Shown piece after piece: positions 31,234 through 47,642 of a stretch of 64,000 bases of DNA. A program made the position numbers and the translations under genes. Under the pieces are notes generated by a model, which saw only the letters and a program-made list of their open reading frames with translations, had not been told where the DNA came from and did not search any database. This stretch comes from the human T2T-CHM13v2.0 reference genome, Homo sapiens, in the NCBI RefSeq assembly GCF_009914755.1, contig NC_060937.1. One strand, written 5' to 3'. The stretch's first letter is position 1, and each line of letters begins with the position of its first letter.

Positions 31234-32302
31234 TCAACATGACTAACCATCAGGAAAATGCAAACTAAAACCACGATGAGCTATTATCTCACCCCCATTA
31301 CAAGGCTATCATCAAAAAGGACAAAAGATAACAAGCGATGGCAAGAATATGGAGAAAAGGGAACCCTTACACGCTGCTTGTGGGGGGTGTAAATTAGTAC
31401 AGCCATTATGAAAAGAGGTGTAAGTTCTCTCAAAAAATTAAAAATAGAAGTACCATATGATCCAGCAATCCCACTACTGGGTGTCTATCCAAAGGAAATA
31501 AAACAAGTATGTCAAAGAGATATCTGCACCCCCATGTTTATTGCAGTACTGTTCACAATAGCCAAGATATGGAATCAACCTAAGTGTCCATCAATGGATA
31601 AAGAAAATGTGGGATATACACACAATGGAATATTATTCCACCATAAAAAGAAGGAAATCTTGTCATTTGCAACAACATGGATGAACCCAGAGGACATTAT
31701 GTTAAATGAAATAAGCCAGGCACAGAAAGACAAATACCACATGATATCATTTATATATGGACTTTAAAAAGCTGATCTCATAGAAATAGAGTAGAATCAT
31801 GGTTACCAGAGGCTGGGGGGGTTAGGAGGAAATGGTGAAGTACAGGGAGATATTGGTCAAAGGATATGTAATTACAGTTAGATATAGGGAATAAATTCAA
31901 GAGATCTATTGTACAGCAAGGTTAATGACAGTTGTAATTAATGACAATAAATAATGGTCATTTATTATATTCTTGAAAATGCGAAGAATGTTAAGTGCTC
32001 TCACCACAAAAATAGTAACTGTGAGGTAATGCATTTGTTAATTAGCTAGACTTAGCCATTTCACAATGTTTATATACTTCAAAATATCATATTGAACATT
32101 ATAAACACAAATAATGTTTTCTGTCAATTAAAATTGGATTTTGTGGATTCCAGGAAAGTTTTTAATTTTTTTTAGTTGTTGAACAATTATTTATATAGCT
32201 GCTTTTTGATTAGATCTTTTTGTCCCATAACGTATTTTCTAATTAAGTTTTGCTTGTATTTGAGAAAGTTGTTGATTCTTGTATATATTTTTTAACCAAA
32301 TC

Positions 32303-32639
<337 letters not shown>

Positions 32640-33258
32640 TGATTCTCTTAGTTTGCACAGGCAAATTGCTCCCATGCATAAATAACAACCTACTTCCAAT
32701 AATTAGAAAAGCTCTTTTATTTTTAGTTTTATCAAGTTGGTTAAAAAATATCCAAACCTTGTTCCATTCAGTAAAAACAGGGAATTTTTTTTTAGTTAAA
32801 AAAATAAGTTTTCTATCAAATAACTTTGAGTAGCATGAGGTTGGAATTCCCAGAATAATACTGGGTAACAACCAAGTTTGGTAGGGGTTGCAAACATCCT
32901 TATGTTGTTCATAGTTTTAGTATTTCACCACTGAATATAATGTTGGTTATTGGTTTAGAAGACTACAAGTATGTTAAGAAAATATTATTTTTAGTTCACT
33001 GAAGTGTTTTTTAATTGATAGTAAAGATTAAAATTTATCAATGTCTTTTTGTGTAACTAAAGAGCCAAATATTCTTGTCACATGACCTATCCTATTGCAG
33101 TGATAAGATATAAAAAGTTTTAATATATAGCTACTTATCTTTGCATTCCTGGAATAAACTCTACTTTCCTTTGGTAAATTGCTATTAAGAGAAAAATTTC
33201 ATCAGCTAGAATTTTCCTTCAGATGTTAATCTCTGTCTTTATAAGATTGGTCTATCTG

Positions 33259-33289
33259 TGAGAGAGAGAGAGGGAGGGAGAGAGAGAGA

Positions 33290-33322
<33 letters not shown>

Positions 33323-33352
33323 CGCACGCGCGCACACGTGTGTGAGTGTGCA
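33259..33352. repeat. (GA)n-(GT)n-(GC)n compound microsatellite
   Basis: Directly visible. Confidence 0.95.
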
Positions 33353-35828
33353 CATGCTTCCTTTATCAGATTGTGACATCATGGGGATAGTGAAATAAAC
33401 TTCTAAAATGTTTCATCTTTTTTCTTACTCTGAAATAATTTGTAAAGCATAGGGAAAAAAAATCTGTTCCTTGAAAATTTGAAGGAACTTGCTTCTAAAA
33501 TTATCCAAGTTCAGCCTCCTGGGGGAAGTAATTCTCAGAAAACTTCAGAAATCACTTGCATTTTCATTGGTCTTTATGAGTTTTAATTATGTGAGTCATT
33601 AGAGTTATATATTTTCCTAGAAAATCATTCACTTAATCCAAATTTTTAATTCATTAGCATAGCATTGTTTATAGTAACATAATTTTAAACTTTTCCAAAT
33701 CTATGGTTCTAGTCCCTCATTTCTAATGCCGTGTATTTGCATTTTTACTAATCTCTTCTTGATTAGACTTACCAAAGATGTGTGCATTTGTTGACCTTAT
33801 CAAAGAACAAGCTGTTAGATTTTTATAACAGCTGTTTCTTAGAGTTTTATTATTAATTTCTGTTCTTATCTTAATTACTTTCTTCAGGATCATTTATTGT
33901 TTTTGTTCTAAATTCGTAGATCAGATGCTTAATTCATTTCTTTTTTTAGTATTGAATGGATTAAAATGTTGTAATTTTGAGTACAGCTTTACATGACTTC
34001 CCTATAAAAGTCTCTCACTATAATTTTGTATGTGTTCTATAATAATAATTTTCTCTGTCACCCAATAGTTTATTTTCTGACTTTCAGTATTTTACTGATT
34101 CTTGTATATATTTTGACTGTAAAATCAATGACTTTCTAAATGACTATAAAACCAATAACCATGCACAATCAATAAATGCAATCAGCTTATCACATATTTT
34201 AAGAAGTTTCTGAAAGAGAGAAAGGAGACAGGTTACATTACCAGGGAAAACCAATGTGCAGGATAAATTGGAGCTAAGTCCACCTGCTTCTGAAGGAGCT
34301 CCAGGAGGGAATACTGGGACAGTCATTTAGATGATCAGTTAGAAAACTGCACTAAGAGCAGCTTGGTGGTGGGTTCTTTTCCCTCCCACGCTTGCACTAC
34401 ATAGTAGGCAGCACTATCATGGCCCATAAGGTAAGAAGTGAATGAGAGAGGCATGGCTGGGCTCAGGGAAACAGGGCAACGTCCCAAGTACCTACTGACT
34501 ATAAGAGAACACGAGTCTACTCCACACAGAAGACAAGCTCCTACATACCTCATTCAGCAGCATATCCAAATACATATAAGAATAATCAAACATTTGAGAA
34601 AGAATTCCATGGGAGATAAAGATTAAAATGGAAAGAAAAAAACAGTTAATATGGTAAATAGAAAACTTATGTTTGTATAGTTACAAATATACAAACATTA
34701 AATAAGATGAGATGAGAAAGAATATTGCACTTACAAAGCAGAACACTGCTACTTACCAAATCAGCAATCTTGGTAAATAAACATATTCAATATGTGCCAA
34801 ATAAGCAGAATGAAAAGTCAAGAAAAAATTTAGTGAGCAGGATGATCTAGCTAAAGCTTTCATCCAGAATCCAATTAAAAAAAAAAGGCCAAAGGGATAA
34901 GAAGTACAAGAAAACAATGAAGTTATATACAGAACAGATCTGAAATGTCCAAAGTCCATTTGATAGATGTCCCAGAAATGGAGAGCAAAGACAATAAGGG
35001 TAAAGAGACATAAAAGAAAATTAGGAAGAAAAAAGGAAAAGTGAAGAGAGACATGTATTTTCAGATTAAAAGAGACAACCAAAGGCTATGCAAGATTAGA
35101 AACAAAAATAGAAACACTGTGAAATTTCTTATAGTACAGGAAGGGGGAGTGGAGAGAAGAAAAAAAACAGTAAATAAATAAAACAGAGAATTCAGTGTCA
35201 GTAAAAAAAAAGAAAACTAATAAAAAGTAAATCATGCAGTAAGAATACAAATACATGCAAATATGCTACTAATCATAATAAATGAGAACACATCAAATCT
35301 ACCCATTAAGAGATTCTGAAACTAGGTAAAAGGAAAACCAGACATTTCTTTCCACTCAAAATCTACTTTAAACAATGACACAGAGATGTTAAAATTAAAT
35401 GATTAAAGAAATGTCATGTAAATACTAACCAAAAAAAACTGGTAGAGGAATTATTAGAATCAGACAAGATAGTCAAAAAAGAAATCAAGCTAAAAAATCA
35501 TTAAATACAAAAAGTAGTATACTTCATATTGATAAAATCTATCCTAAAATGTAGGCTTCCCTTAGTCTCATTGGTCAAAACTGTATCACATGTCCACAGA
35601 GAAACCAATCACAGTCAAGGAGAATGGAATTCTCATGAAGAGTTAGACCACTTTGGGAATAAATCCCTGGAGCTGGGGTAGCACCTGCCTTTTCTGAAAC
35701 ACAGTTCATGCAAAGTAGGATGGATACTTAAAGAAAAATCAGAGCTGTAGAGAAGCAGGCAATCAAAAATATTTGACACATCACTCTGAAATTATCACAA
35801 CACCTAATTTATTTCCTTGCAGCATTAG

Positions 35829-36205
35829 TATTATGGTTTGGCTCTGTGTCCCCAGCCAAACCTCATGTTGAATTGTAATCCCCAATCTTGGGGAAGGGAC
35901 ATGATGCAAGGTGATTAGATTGTGGAGGCGGATTGCCTCCCTGCTGTTCTCATGACAGTGAGTTCTCAGGAAATATGGTTGTTTAAAAGTATATAGCACA
36001 TCCCCCTTTGCTCTCTCTCCTGTTGGCCATGTGAAGATGTGCTTGCTTCCCCTTTGGCTTCTACCACGATTCTAAGTTTCCTGAGGCCTCCCCAGCCATG
36101 TTTTCTGTATAGCCTGTAGAACTGTGAGCCAATTAAACCTCTTTTCTTTATAAATTACCCAGTCTCAGATAGTTATTTATAGTAATGAGATAACTGACTA
36201 ATACA
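35829..36205 (+). mobile_element. MaLR solo LTR, MSTA-like
   Basis: tatggtttggctctgtgtcccc...aattaaacctcttttctttataaattacccagtctca...ctaataca. Perfect 5-bp TSD attag at 35824 and 36206. Confidence 0.88.
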
Positions 36206-36803
36206 ATTAGTTACTACAGATTACTACAAGGTGATGAATCACTATAAAATTTAAAAGTATAATGTTGTATTTCTAAGTCTCCTTTTAATTGTTTACTCCT
36301 CCCTTAAAATGTAAACTTCTGGAGAGCTGGAACCTTGTCTATCCTGATCTTAATTATAGCTTCAGCAACTTGCACAAGGCTCAGTATATAATAGGAACTC
36401 AATACATGTTTGCCAATAGAATGAATGAATGAGTGCTGGGAGAGATTACTCTGAGACAGATCAACCAGAATAATACAGTTAAAAAAAAAAATAAAAGCCA
36501 GAGAAGGAAAGCTTTAAAGTGGTGTTAGTGTTACAGAGTTCAGGGAGAAGATAGGAATTACAAAAAGACCACCAAACTGTATGTTCAGAAGGGATTTTAC
36601 ATTTAGGAAGCAATTTCAGTGACAGCATTTGTGAATATAAACCAGATCATAAGGAATTAAGGATGAGGTGGGTAATAAAGAAGTGGTTACAGTAAAATTA
36701 CCTTTGTCTTTTTTTAAATTTGCTAGAAGCAGAAAAGGTAATATCTCTGAGGATAGCAAAATCAAGGAAGGGGTTAGCTGGTTTATTTTAGAATGGTAAG
36801 ATG

Positions 36804-39362
<2,559 letters not shown>

Positions 39363-39592
39363 ACAGCAGATCCACTGTGCATCCATGAGGCTAGGTACCA
39401 TGAAAGTTTTGACCAGAAGGAGCCACCACCATACTCTTAAAACACATCCAGAAACTCACCTTTTATTTTCAATGCTTGTATTCTTGTTTTCAGGATTTTC
39501 ATGTGTCTAAATATTTCTGTTCAGAAATTCTTCAAAATTATCTAGTACCTCAAATAAACAGTTAGCAATAACTAGTAGGGGCTTGTAAGTAC

Positions 39593-39676
39593 CTTTTGAT
39601 GTTGTTCATCCTTCATCTTTTGCAATTTTCTGTTTTCTTCTGCCTTTAGAGAATCTCTGTAAGCCCAGCTTCTGGC
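39593..39676 (-). CDS. EPSTI1: EPSTI1 coding exon, 84 nt, ARSWAYRDSLKAEENRKLQKMKDEQHQK
   Basis: Acceptor tttacag|GCC after a long T tract, donor AAG|gtactt, phase 0/0. Matches the EPSTI1 coiled-coil region. Confidence 0.95.
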
Positions 39677-41352
39677 CTGTAAAGGTACAAAGAGAAAAAA
39701 AAAAAAAAAAAACAACTTGATAGGATAAAGGGTTGTCACAGTACACCAAGCTGCCTACTATAGGTCCGGTGCTAATAACTCAACCTCCGTACTGAGCATA
39801 TAGTAAGCTCTCCATACACACTTGGTTATTAAGTGATTTATGCATATGTCTGAAAATGTCCCTTGGAACATATAAAAAGAAAACTAGTGTAAGCACAATC
39901 ATCCTGCACATTTGAAAGGATGATCTAAATGTTTAATTAAGCTTTAAAAATATCCCCTCAGAGATAATCAACATAGTTTATTCCTTCTAGTGGAAAGTTT
40001 AGGACATTTTCAAGAATATTCCGACTAGCTGATCAGTCAATATTAAAGACAAGCAATAGTGGCACTGTCTTTAGAAGAACGGGCATGTCTACTGCTCATT
40101 AATGATATCTGATTAAGCAGCTTGTCAACTAGTGGTTGATACCATATAATTTCAAGGATGCATATTTTCTAAGCACTTGCATCCCTAATCTGGATGAAGT
40201 TTTATTTCTACCTCTGAAAAGGAAAACAAAGCCTATTCAGGAACACATGACAACAAAGCCTTTGGAAAGCCAGCACATGAGGGAGAATGCCCTTCGGTGT
40301 CTCTGACCCACCACACCAGAGTTCCACACCCTGGCATAGTGACCATGTGTTCTGACATTTATGGCATTTCAAGTGTTCTGTTTATTTGTCATATGCTTTC
40401 TCTCCTTCACATTGATTTGCAGCCCCAGCTTCTGTAAGGCAAAGAGCTAATGCTTAGGAAATTACATGGATCTCATAAAAAACTATCAGCAGCTTCATGG
40501 CAGCAGGTTACATATTTCAGACCTAGTTCTCAGGACTAATAATCCATAAAGTTCAGGTAGGCTGGTTCCCCCTTTTTCCAGCCTACGTGAACTTTTATGT
40601 AACTTTTCTCAAGCACTTCTTAGTTCATTCTGGCATTTCTGTCACTATAAAAACCCATATCCCATCAAATAATAAGAACCACTTCCCAGAAAAAGAGAGA
40701 AGCTTTCAAAATGGTATCATCTATGGCAGTGCCAGTTAGAAAACTGGAGCTTCCTGTGTTCAGAAATCCCTGGTTTATCCAAACCCTGCTGCATTGGGCA
40801 GGTAAACATACATCATATGACTTTCTCTTATTTGCATCCTAAACTCAAGGGGACTGTGCTAAGACATAGAAGGGGAAAAGTGATTCTCTGACAAGCCTTT
40901 CTTTTTATCTCTGACAACCCCTTCTTTTTATATTAGAGAAGGCTAGCCTTTATCACAAATATTCCATATAAGACCTAGTGAGGAAGGGAAGAAGGGAGGG
41001 AGGGAAGGAGGGTGAGAAGAGAGGACAGGAAGGAAGGAAAGGAGAGAAGAAGAAAGGAAAGAAGACAGCTTCTACTCAAGATATTAAAAGGTAGAATAAA
41101 ATATTTAGTTAAAGCAAAATTACAACTTGAATGAGGGTATCTAAATTCTATTTGAATAGCCTCCCTTTAAACTTGTCATTTTGTTGTTCTTTTATTAGAA
41201 TACATGTCTTAGTTTTTGACTCAGAAAAAAGTGGTTATTAAATACCTTATTATTAAATAAGGTGCCTTATAAAGGTCCACAGAAACTGGGAAGTCACATG
41301 GCATCCAAACTTATGAAAAGTTCAGTTACTTGCAATCCTAATGTTTGCTTAC

Positions 41353-41385
41353 CCAGCTGTGATCCCTAGGCAGGATAGGAAGTTT
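41353..41385 (-). CDS. EPSTI1: EPSTI1 alternative in-frame 33-nt cassette exon, KLPILPRDHSW
   Basis: Acceptor aacag|AAA and donor TGG|gtaagc, phase 0/0. The peptide is in the recalled longer EPSTI1 isoforms. Confidence 0.9.
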
Positions 41386-41870
41386 CTGTTCAAAAATAAT
41401 AGAAGGGAATAAATTGATCACTATTTTTCTTAGCTCTAAACACCAGAAATTTCTAAGTCACTGTATTCACATAATTTGTCTAACATTGAAATATTCATTT
41501 AATACAATACCAATGCTATATTTTATCATTCAACCAAAATACACCTTTATTTATCCTCCCCAAAAGCTATGCTTATAATGTACTCATTCTATTAACAGTG
41601 TTTAAGGCTCCTCTGTGCAAGCACTGTGTCAGGACACGATCCCAGGCCTCAAGCATTTACAGCTTAGTGTGAAAGTCAAACGAGAAGACTAATGGTTACA
41701 GTACAGCATGATAGGTGATATGATACAGGAAGCCAAAAAGAAGGATATTTAATTAAACTAGATTGAGGAGACTTTCCAAATCAAGTAAGGCTAAGTTATA
41801 TTTCAAAGAGTGAGTAGGAATCAGACTATACAGGGAGAAGAGCATCACATGAGCAAATGGAAAATAGCAG

Positions 41871-42287
41871 TGCATGAGTTTGCTAGGGCTTCCATAACAA
41901 AGTATTGTGATACTGGTGGCTTAAAGAACAGAAATTTACTATCTTATAGTTCTGGAGGCTAGAAGTCCAAAATCAAGGTGTCTTCAGGGTTGGTTCCTTC
42001 TGAGGGCTATGTGAGAAATATCTTTTCCAGGCTTCTCTTTTTGGCCTGCAGACTCCATCTTCATCATGCATCTCTTCACATCATCTCCCTTGTATGCATG
42101 CTTCTGTGTCCCGATTTCCCCTTTTTATAAAGACACTTTTCATAATGAATTTGAACCCACTCTAGGAGCCTCATTTTAACTTATTTCCTCTGTAAAGATG
42201 CTATCTCTGAATAAGGTCACATTCTGAGGTGCTAGGGGTCAGGGCATCCACATAAATTTTGAGAAGTGTGGGTCTCAACCCATGACA
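41871..42287 (-). mobile_element. MaLR LTR, MLT1B/C-like
   Basis: ccataacaaag..ggtggcttaaa..acagaaattta..agttctggaggctagaagtcc..ggtcacattctgaggt..tcaacccatgaca. Confidence 0.8.
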
Positions 42288-42299
42288 AGCATTAAGTTC

Positions 42300-44270
42300 T
42301 CCTTTCAAGATGGTGGAGTAAAGATGTTCCTGTTCCATTCTCCCCAAAATTACCCTAAACAAAGCAGAAAATGAAATACACACAAGCTCTATCTTCCAAA
42401 ACCAAGAGATCCATATTCACAGAGGGAAATCTATGAAGACCAAGTAGATAAAGAAACAGTAAGTGACTTACAGAGGAAAAGAGCAAACCTGAAGACTTGC
42501 TGGAAGGGGCTAGAGGACACCTATGGGGAGCCAGTTCTCTCCACAGAGCAACATGAGGGCCCAAGAAATGGATGCACCAGCTATTGAGGAAGACAGATGG
42601 ATAATAGGCAGGTAAAAAGGAAGGAATTACTAGATAGTCTCAGTAGAAGCCCTTCACCCCCTTATACCTGCTCCTGCTTTGAAAATGCAGGTGCTAATTC
42701 ACCAAACACCAACAGGAAATGAAAAGTGTATTTTCTGGATAAACTAAACCAGGCATATGTGTAAAGACAGCAGCAGTGGACAAATGCCAGGCTGAGAATG
42801 AAATGACTCTATAAAGTCCTGCATACTGACCAGTGAGCCTCTGAGTCCCTCTCTTTGAAGTTTTTTTCTGCTTCCTGTACTGTTTCTTCTGAGAAGTAAG
42901 AAGTGATATATATATTTTTAAAGTAACAAAGAAAAAAGGAGGAGTTTGGAGACATTTTTTTAAATCTCCCCTTCTTCCCCCCAAAAAAACCAAATCAGTA
43001 AAATATTTAGAAGATAAAGTCAAGAAAATATGCCAAAATATAGAAAAAAGGTAGTCACAGATAACTTACAGGAGAAAATCTCTAAAGTTAGAAGATAAAT
43101 CCGGGAGGTCTACAATTTGAATAATAGAAATTCCATAAAGAGAAAATGAAAGGATATAAGTCAGAGATAACACAAGAAAATCATCTAGAACTAGAGATGA
43201 ATTTCCAGACCGAAAATGAATTAAAAAAAGACTTTCACACTAAATCACATCATTACAGAATGCCAGAAAAAGAAAAGATGATATTAAAATATTTTCAGGG
43301 GAAACAGAGAAAATCCTTCATATAAAGCCTGAAATTCAAATGGCCTTGGATTTCTCAGGAACCAGTATTCAAAGTTAGAAGAGCAATGCCTCAAAATTCT
43401 GGAGGAAAATTATTTCCAGTTTGGAATAGTCATCAATAAAAATGCAAGCAAAGTATGAGAGCTGAATAAAGATAGTTTCAGACATGGAAGGACCTGAACA
43501 TGTTTACCTTCCATGTGTCTTCTCTTGGGAAGCCACTAAGTAATATGCTCCACCAAAACAAAGAAATAAAGCAAGAAAATAGAAGAAATGAGGCCCAGAA
43601 ATGAGAGAACCCAACATGGGAAGGCAATAAAAGCAATTCCCAAGATGACTTTAAAACAGTGATTCTCAACCTTGGCTGCACATTAGAATGGCCCGGGGAG
43701 CTTTTTTAAACCCTGAAGCCCAGGTCACAATACAGCAGGCTCTCTGGAGGTGCAACCCAGGTATCTGTGATTTTTAAAGCTCCCTAGGTGAATCCAGTGT
43801 GCAGAGGAGGCTGAGAACTACTGTGTTAAAGGAAAGTCCCAGAACAACAGCTGTGCGCCAGGCTTACAAACACCCAGGACAGGTTAAAGCAGGAGGAAAG
43901 AGGGATCCAGGAGGAAGAGAAAAAAAAAATCCACAAGTTATCTGACAGGCATAAGTTGGAAAATTGTTTAGAAATTTGCGTCAAGAGGCATTTTGTAGAA
44001 CAGTCACAAAAGCTGTCAGAAGACAGTCAAATGTTCAAAGGAAACTAAGAAAACGCTAAAATAAAATGTTTAAAGAGTTGTACAGAAGATATAACCAGAG
44101 TATACCGACTGGCTTGGCAGTGAGAAAACGTGTATATAGTCATAATAGGGGAAGCTCAAATTACTGAATAATTATAAGAATGAGAGGAAGAAATGAGTTA
44201 ATAAGGTCTAAAATTGATTAGTCAAGAGATACCAACACATATTAACAGATATTCGGAGCTAACTAAGAAA
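42300..44270 (+). mobile_element. Ancient L1M 5'/ORF1 remnant
   Basis: Starts caagatggtggagtaaagatg, followed by A-rich ORF1-like sequence. Boundaries are approximate. Confidence 0.55.
43657..43823. mobile_element. MER5A (hAT-Charlie MITE)
   Basis: Inverted termini cagtgattctcaa / tgagaactactg. Internal ggctgcacattagaat. Confidence 0.8.
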
Positions 44271-44279
44271 AGAAACAGG

Positions 44280-44715
44280 TGGTGGGTTGCATAATGGCCC
44301 CCCAAAGACGTCCCAATCCCTGGAATCTGTGAATGTTTCTTTATGTGACAAAAGGGACTTTGCAGAAATTAAGGATCTGGAAGTGGAGAGATTAGCCTGG
44401 ATAGTCCAGGTGGGCCCATTGTAATCAAAAGGGTCATTATAAGAGGAAGGCAGAAAGGTCAGGGAGGGTGCAGAAGGTTGGGTGAGATGGAAGCTAAACT
44501 GGAGCCATGCAGCCGTGTGCCAAGGGTTTGCGGGGACAGGGGACAGATGCCCCCTGGAACCTTCAAAAGGAACCATTCCTGTTGATACCCTCATTTTAGC
44601 ATTTTAAAACCCATTTTTATTGCTGACCTCCAGAAGTGTTAAGAGAATAAATTTTTGTTCTATTAGGTCACTACATTCGTGGTAATTTGTTACAGCAGCA
44701 AAGGGAAGTGTTCAA
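44280..44715 (+). mobile_element. MaLR LTR, MLT1D-like
   Basis: ataatggccccccaaagacgtc..atccctggaatctgtgaatgtt..gagaataaatt..ggtaatttgttacagcagca. Confidence 0.8.
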
Positions 44716-45330
44716 ATGTTGCGGTGGAAGTGGGATTCAAGCGGCGCAAAGGGACACATATTAAGTACTTTATTTGACTTCTTAATGAATGAGCATGTGA
44801 CACGTAGATAAAAATTACAATAATCAACCTGCACTGAGTGCTCACAGTAGTGTGAGAGAGGATAGCTGGAGAGGCATGAGCTATAGAGCTTGGCCCCTCA
44901 GACATTAACGTGCACACACATCTTCCATGGACTGTATTAAATACAAGCTCTGATTCAGGAGGTCTGCAGTGGGGCCTGAGATTGATCTGCATCTAAATCT
45001 TTGCTCCTGATTTCAAAAGCTTTGCTTCCCCTTACCTTGCTTGCAAAAGCTTTGCTTCCCCTCACCCCTTTGCAGAAGCAAAGATTTAGACTCGAGGCCA
45101 GTCCTCCAGACCCCAGAGGACCAGAAAGGGGCCATTCTAAAGAAAGAGACAGAATCTAGAATTAAAGGAGAGACGGAGGGACAGAGAGAGGAAAGGACTT
45201 TGTGCCTAAGCTAAGACATTTTGATTTTATCCTTGAAGATATGGGGGACCACTGAATGATTTGGGGAAGTGAAACACCAGGATAAGATTTTTTCACATCG
45301 TTATTCTTCGTTGAGGAAGTAGGGGCATAA

Positions 45331-45635
45331 GGCCGGGTGCGGTGGCTCACACCTGTAATCCCAGCACTTTGGGAGGCCAAGGTGGGTGGATCATTTCAGC
45401 CCAGGAGTTTGAGATCACCCTGCGCAATGTGGCAAAACCCTGTCTCTACAAAAACTACAAAAGTTAGCTGGGCGTGGGGGTGCGTGCCTGTGGTCCCAGC
45501 CACTTAGGAGGCTGAGGTGGCAGGATGGCTTGAACCTGGGAGGTGGAGGTTGCAGTGAGCCAAGATCATGCTACTGCACTCCAGCCTGGGTGACAGAGTG
45601 AGACCCTGTCTAAAAATAAATAAATAAATAAAAAA
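45331..45635 (+). mobile_element. AluJ-like
   Basis: Dimer with J diagnostics (agcccaggagttt, ggtcccagc) and a (TAAA)n tail. Confidence 0.85.
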
Positions 45636-47419
45636 TGGGGGCAGCAAACCAGAGACTAGAAACCATTTCATATTTGACTAGAAATATGCAGCGATGGTCG
45701 CTGAGGAAGGTCTGATGATGCTGGTACTTCTGCCTACGCACACAATACAGAGAACTATATTAATCCACATGTAAAAGTGAACCCTGTAAATATCTCTTGT
45801 CTGAAGTCCTAAGCCAAAAGGAATTTTCTTGTAACCACTAAAGGATTTTTCTTGTAATCTTTTACATTGACATAATTTTCTAGTATTTATTAAATCCCCA
45901 TCTGCCAATGGCAGATCCACTTTTAAAGGAGAAAAGTACAAGAGGAAAAATCTTTTCAGGAAAGTTACATTAGGTAGTAAAATTAAAGTATTAAAAATTA
46001 TATATAAATTCTTCCAGCTCATCACATCCCATATAGATGGCAATCACATAGTGTTCACATTCTATACGTTGACCATAGCTAAAGTAAACTGCAGGTGTCC
46101 TCTTTTTACAAAGAAATGTTCTTCACAGAAGTGCAATGTACATATTTGATTTTCCTACACCATTAGAAATGATTCTGCAAAGCATTCTCAGAAGAATTCT
46201 ATGCATATGGATGAGACAGAATGAGAAGAGTATAATATGGGTAAAAAGTCAATTAAATATATTGAACACTGAAACCGTATTAATAGTTTGGGGTCAAAAT
46301 CGGAGCAGCTATTGCGTGGAGTTTATAAGGAACCGTCCTGGGTCCAATCTCCCTCCATATTTTCTATTAATAGCTCTGAGGATCCTATGACAAATGCACT
46401 AATCAATCCACAGAAAATGCAGCTCTGGGAAACATTGCTAATGCTTTGGATGACAATATTAAAATTCAGGACGATCTTGTTAAATTGAAGAAATGAGCCA
46501 AAATCAATAGAGCAGCACACGCAGTTCTGCCAGGTGTTCCACATTGCAGGATACAGGGAGCCCTCGAACGGAAAGGAAGACCAGCCTGGTAGGCGAAACT
46601 CCAGCTGGTAAAGCTATCCAACTCCTGTTCTCCCTCTCCCTCCCTGACAGCCACAAGGATATCCAGACAGGTGTTTAGGGCTGTCATCTACACATGATTT
46701 AACTCCACTGCCTACAGCTTCTCAACTCTTTCCCCCAGAGCCCAGCAGTGAGGGAAGAGAGATGATGAATTTCCTTTAATATAAGTTGTAGGGCCCACAC
46801 TGATGAATTTAGACTTTAGAACATCACATTAGAAGCAGAAAGAAAAAAATTAGGAAACAACTAAAGATTTCTAAGTAGGAGTATAATGACCTCTTCCTAA
46901 GGAGTGTCATAATATCTTCCTGACATTTAAAAACATGGTCTCTATTGAGAAAGGGGTAAGGGGAGATGAAGATGAGGGTTCTTTAACAACTCATTTAGCT
47001 ACCCAAACTCTGAGAAACCTGAGACTTTAAGAAACTTAAATTCATCTTTTCTTTCAGCTACAACCCTTATCCAGAGTCATCCTTAATTACACTTACTTTC
47101 TTGTCCCCAGTTAGCAAGTCAATAAACAAGCCCTGCCGCTTTCACCTTCTAAGCAGTTTTCTGACCTGCACTCTCTTCTCCATCCTCTCCCCCGCTGTCC
47201 TAGCTGAAGTCTTCATCATTCTTTACCCAGACTGATACAGAAGCCTTGGGGGGCCTCTCTGCTTCTCTATTCCTTTAGAGCCCTCCTTCACAATGTTGCC
47301 AATGTGATCCAGAATGAAAACACAAATCTAACCTTGAGTTTTCCCTGTTTAAACATTTCCAATACCTTCAGTGCTCACAGAATGGGGTTTAGGTTTTCCA
47401 AGGTGGCATGCAAATTTCT

Positions 47420-47642
47420 GTGGTGGTTTTCTACCAGGAGCACCATGAGCACGCAGTATGCGGGGCATTTCTTCATGTCTCATTGGTAAGCACTGTGTGG
47501 GGGCATTTCTAGATGTCTCAGTGTCTGGGTGGCGCTACTGGCCCTTCATGCCCAGGGCCTAGGGATACTAAGCATCCTGCAGTAATCAAGACAACTCACA
47601 CAATGAACTGTCCCACCTGAATTTCCAGAGGTAACACCATTG
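47420..47642. mobile_element. hAT-Charlie MER20-like element
   Basis: gctactggc..agggatactaagcatcctgca..aactgtccc motifs. Family uncertain. Confidence 0.5.

Noticed and set aside
31408-31767. 119-aa ORF
   Set aside because: Decayed L1 ORF2 C-terminus, not a host gene.
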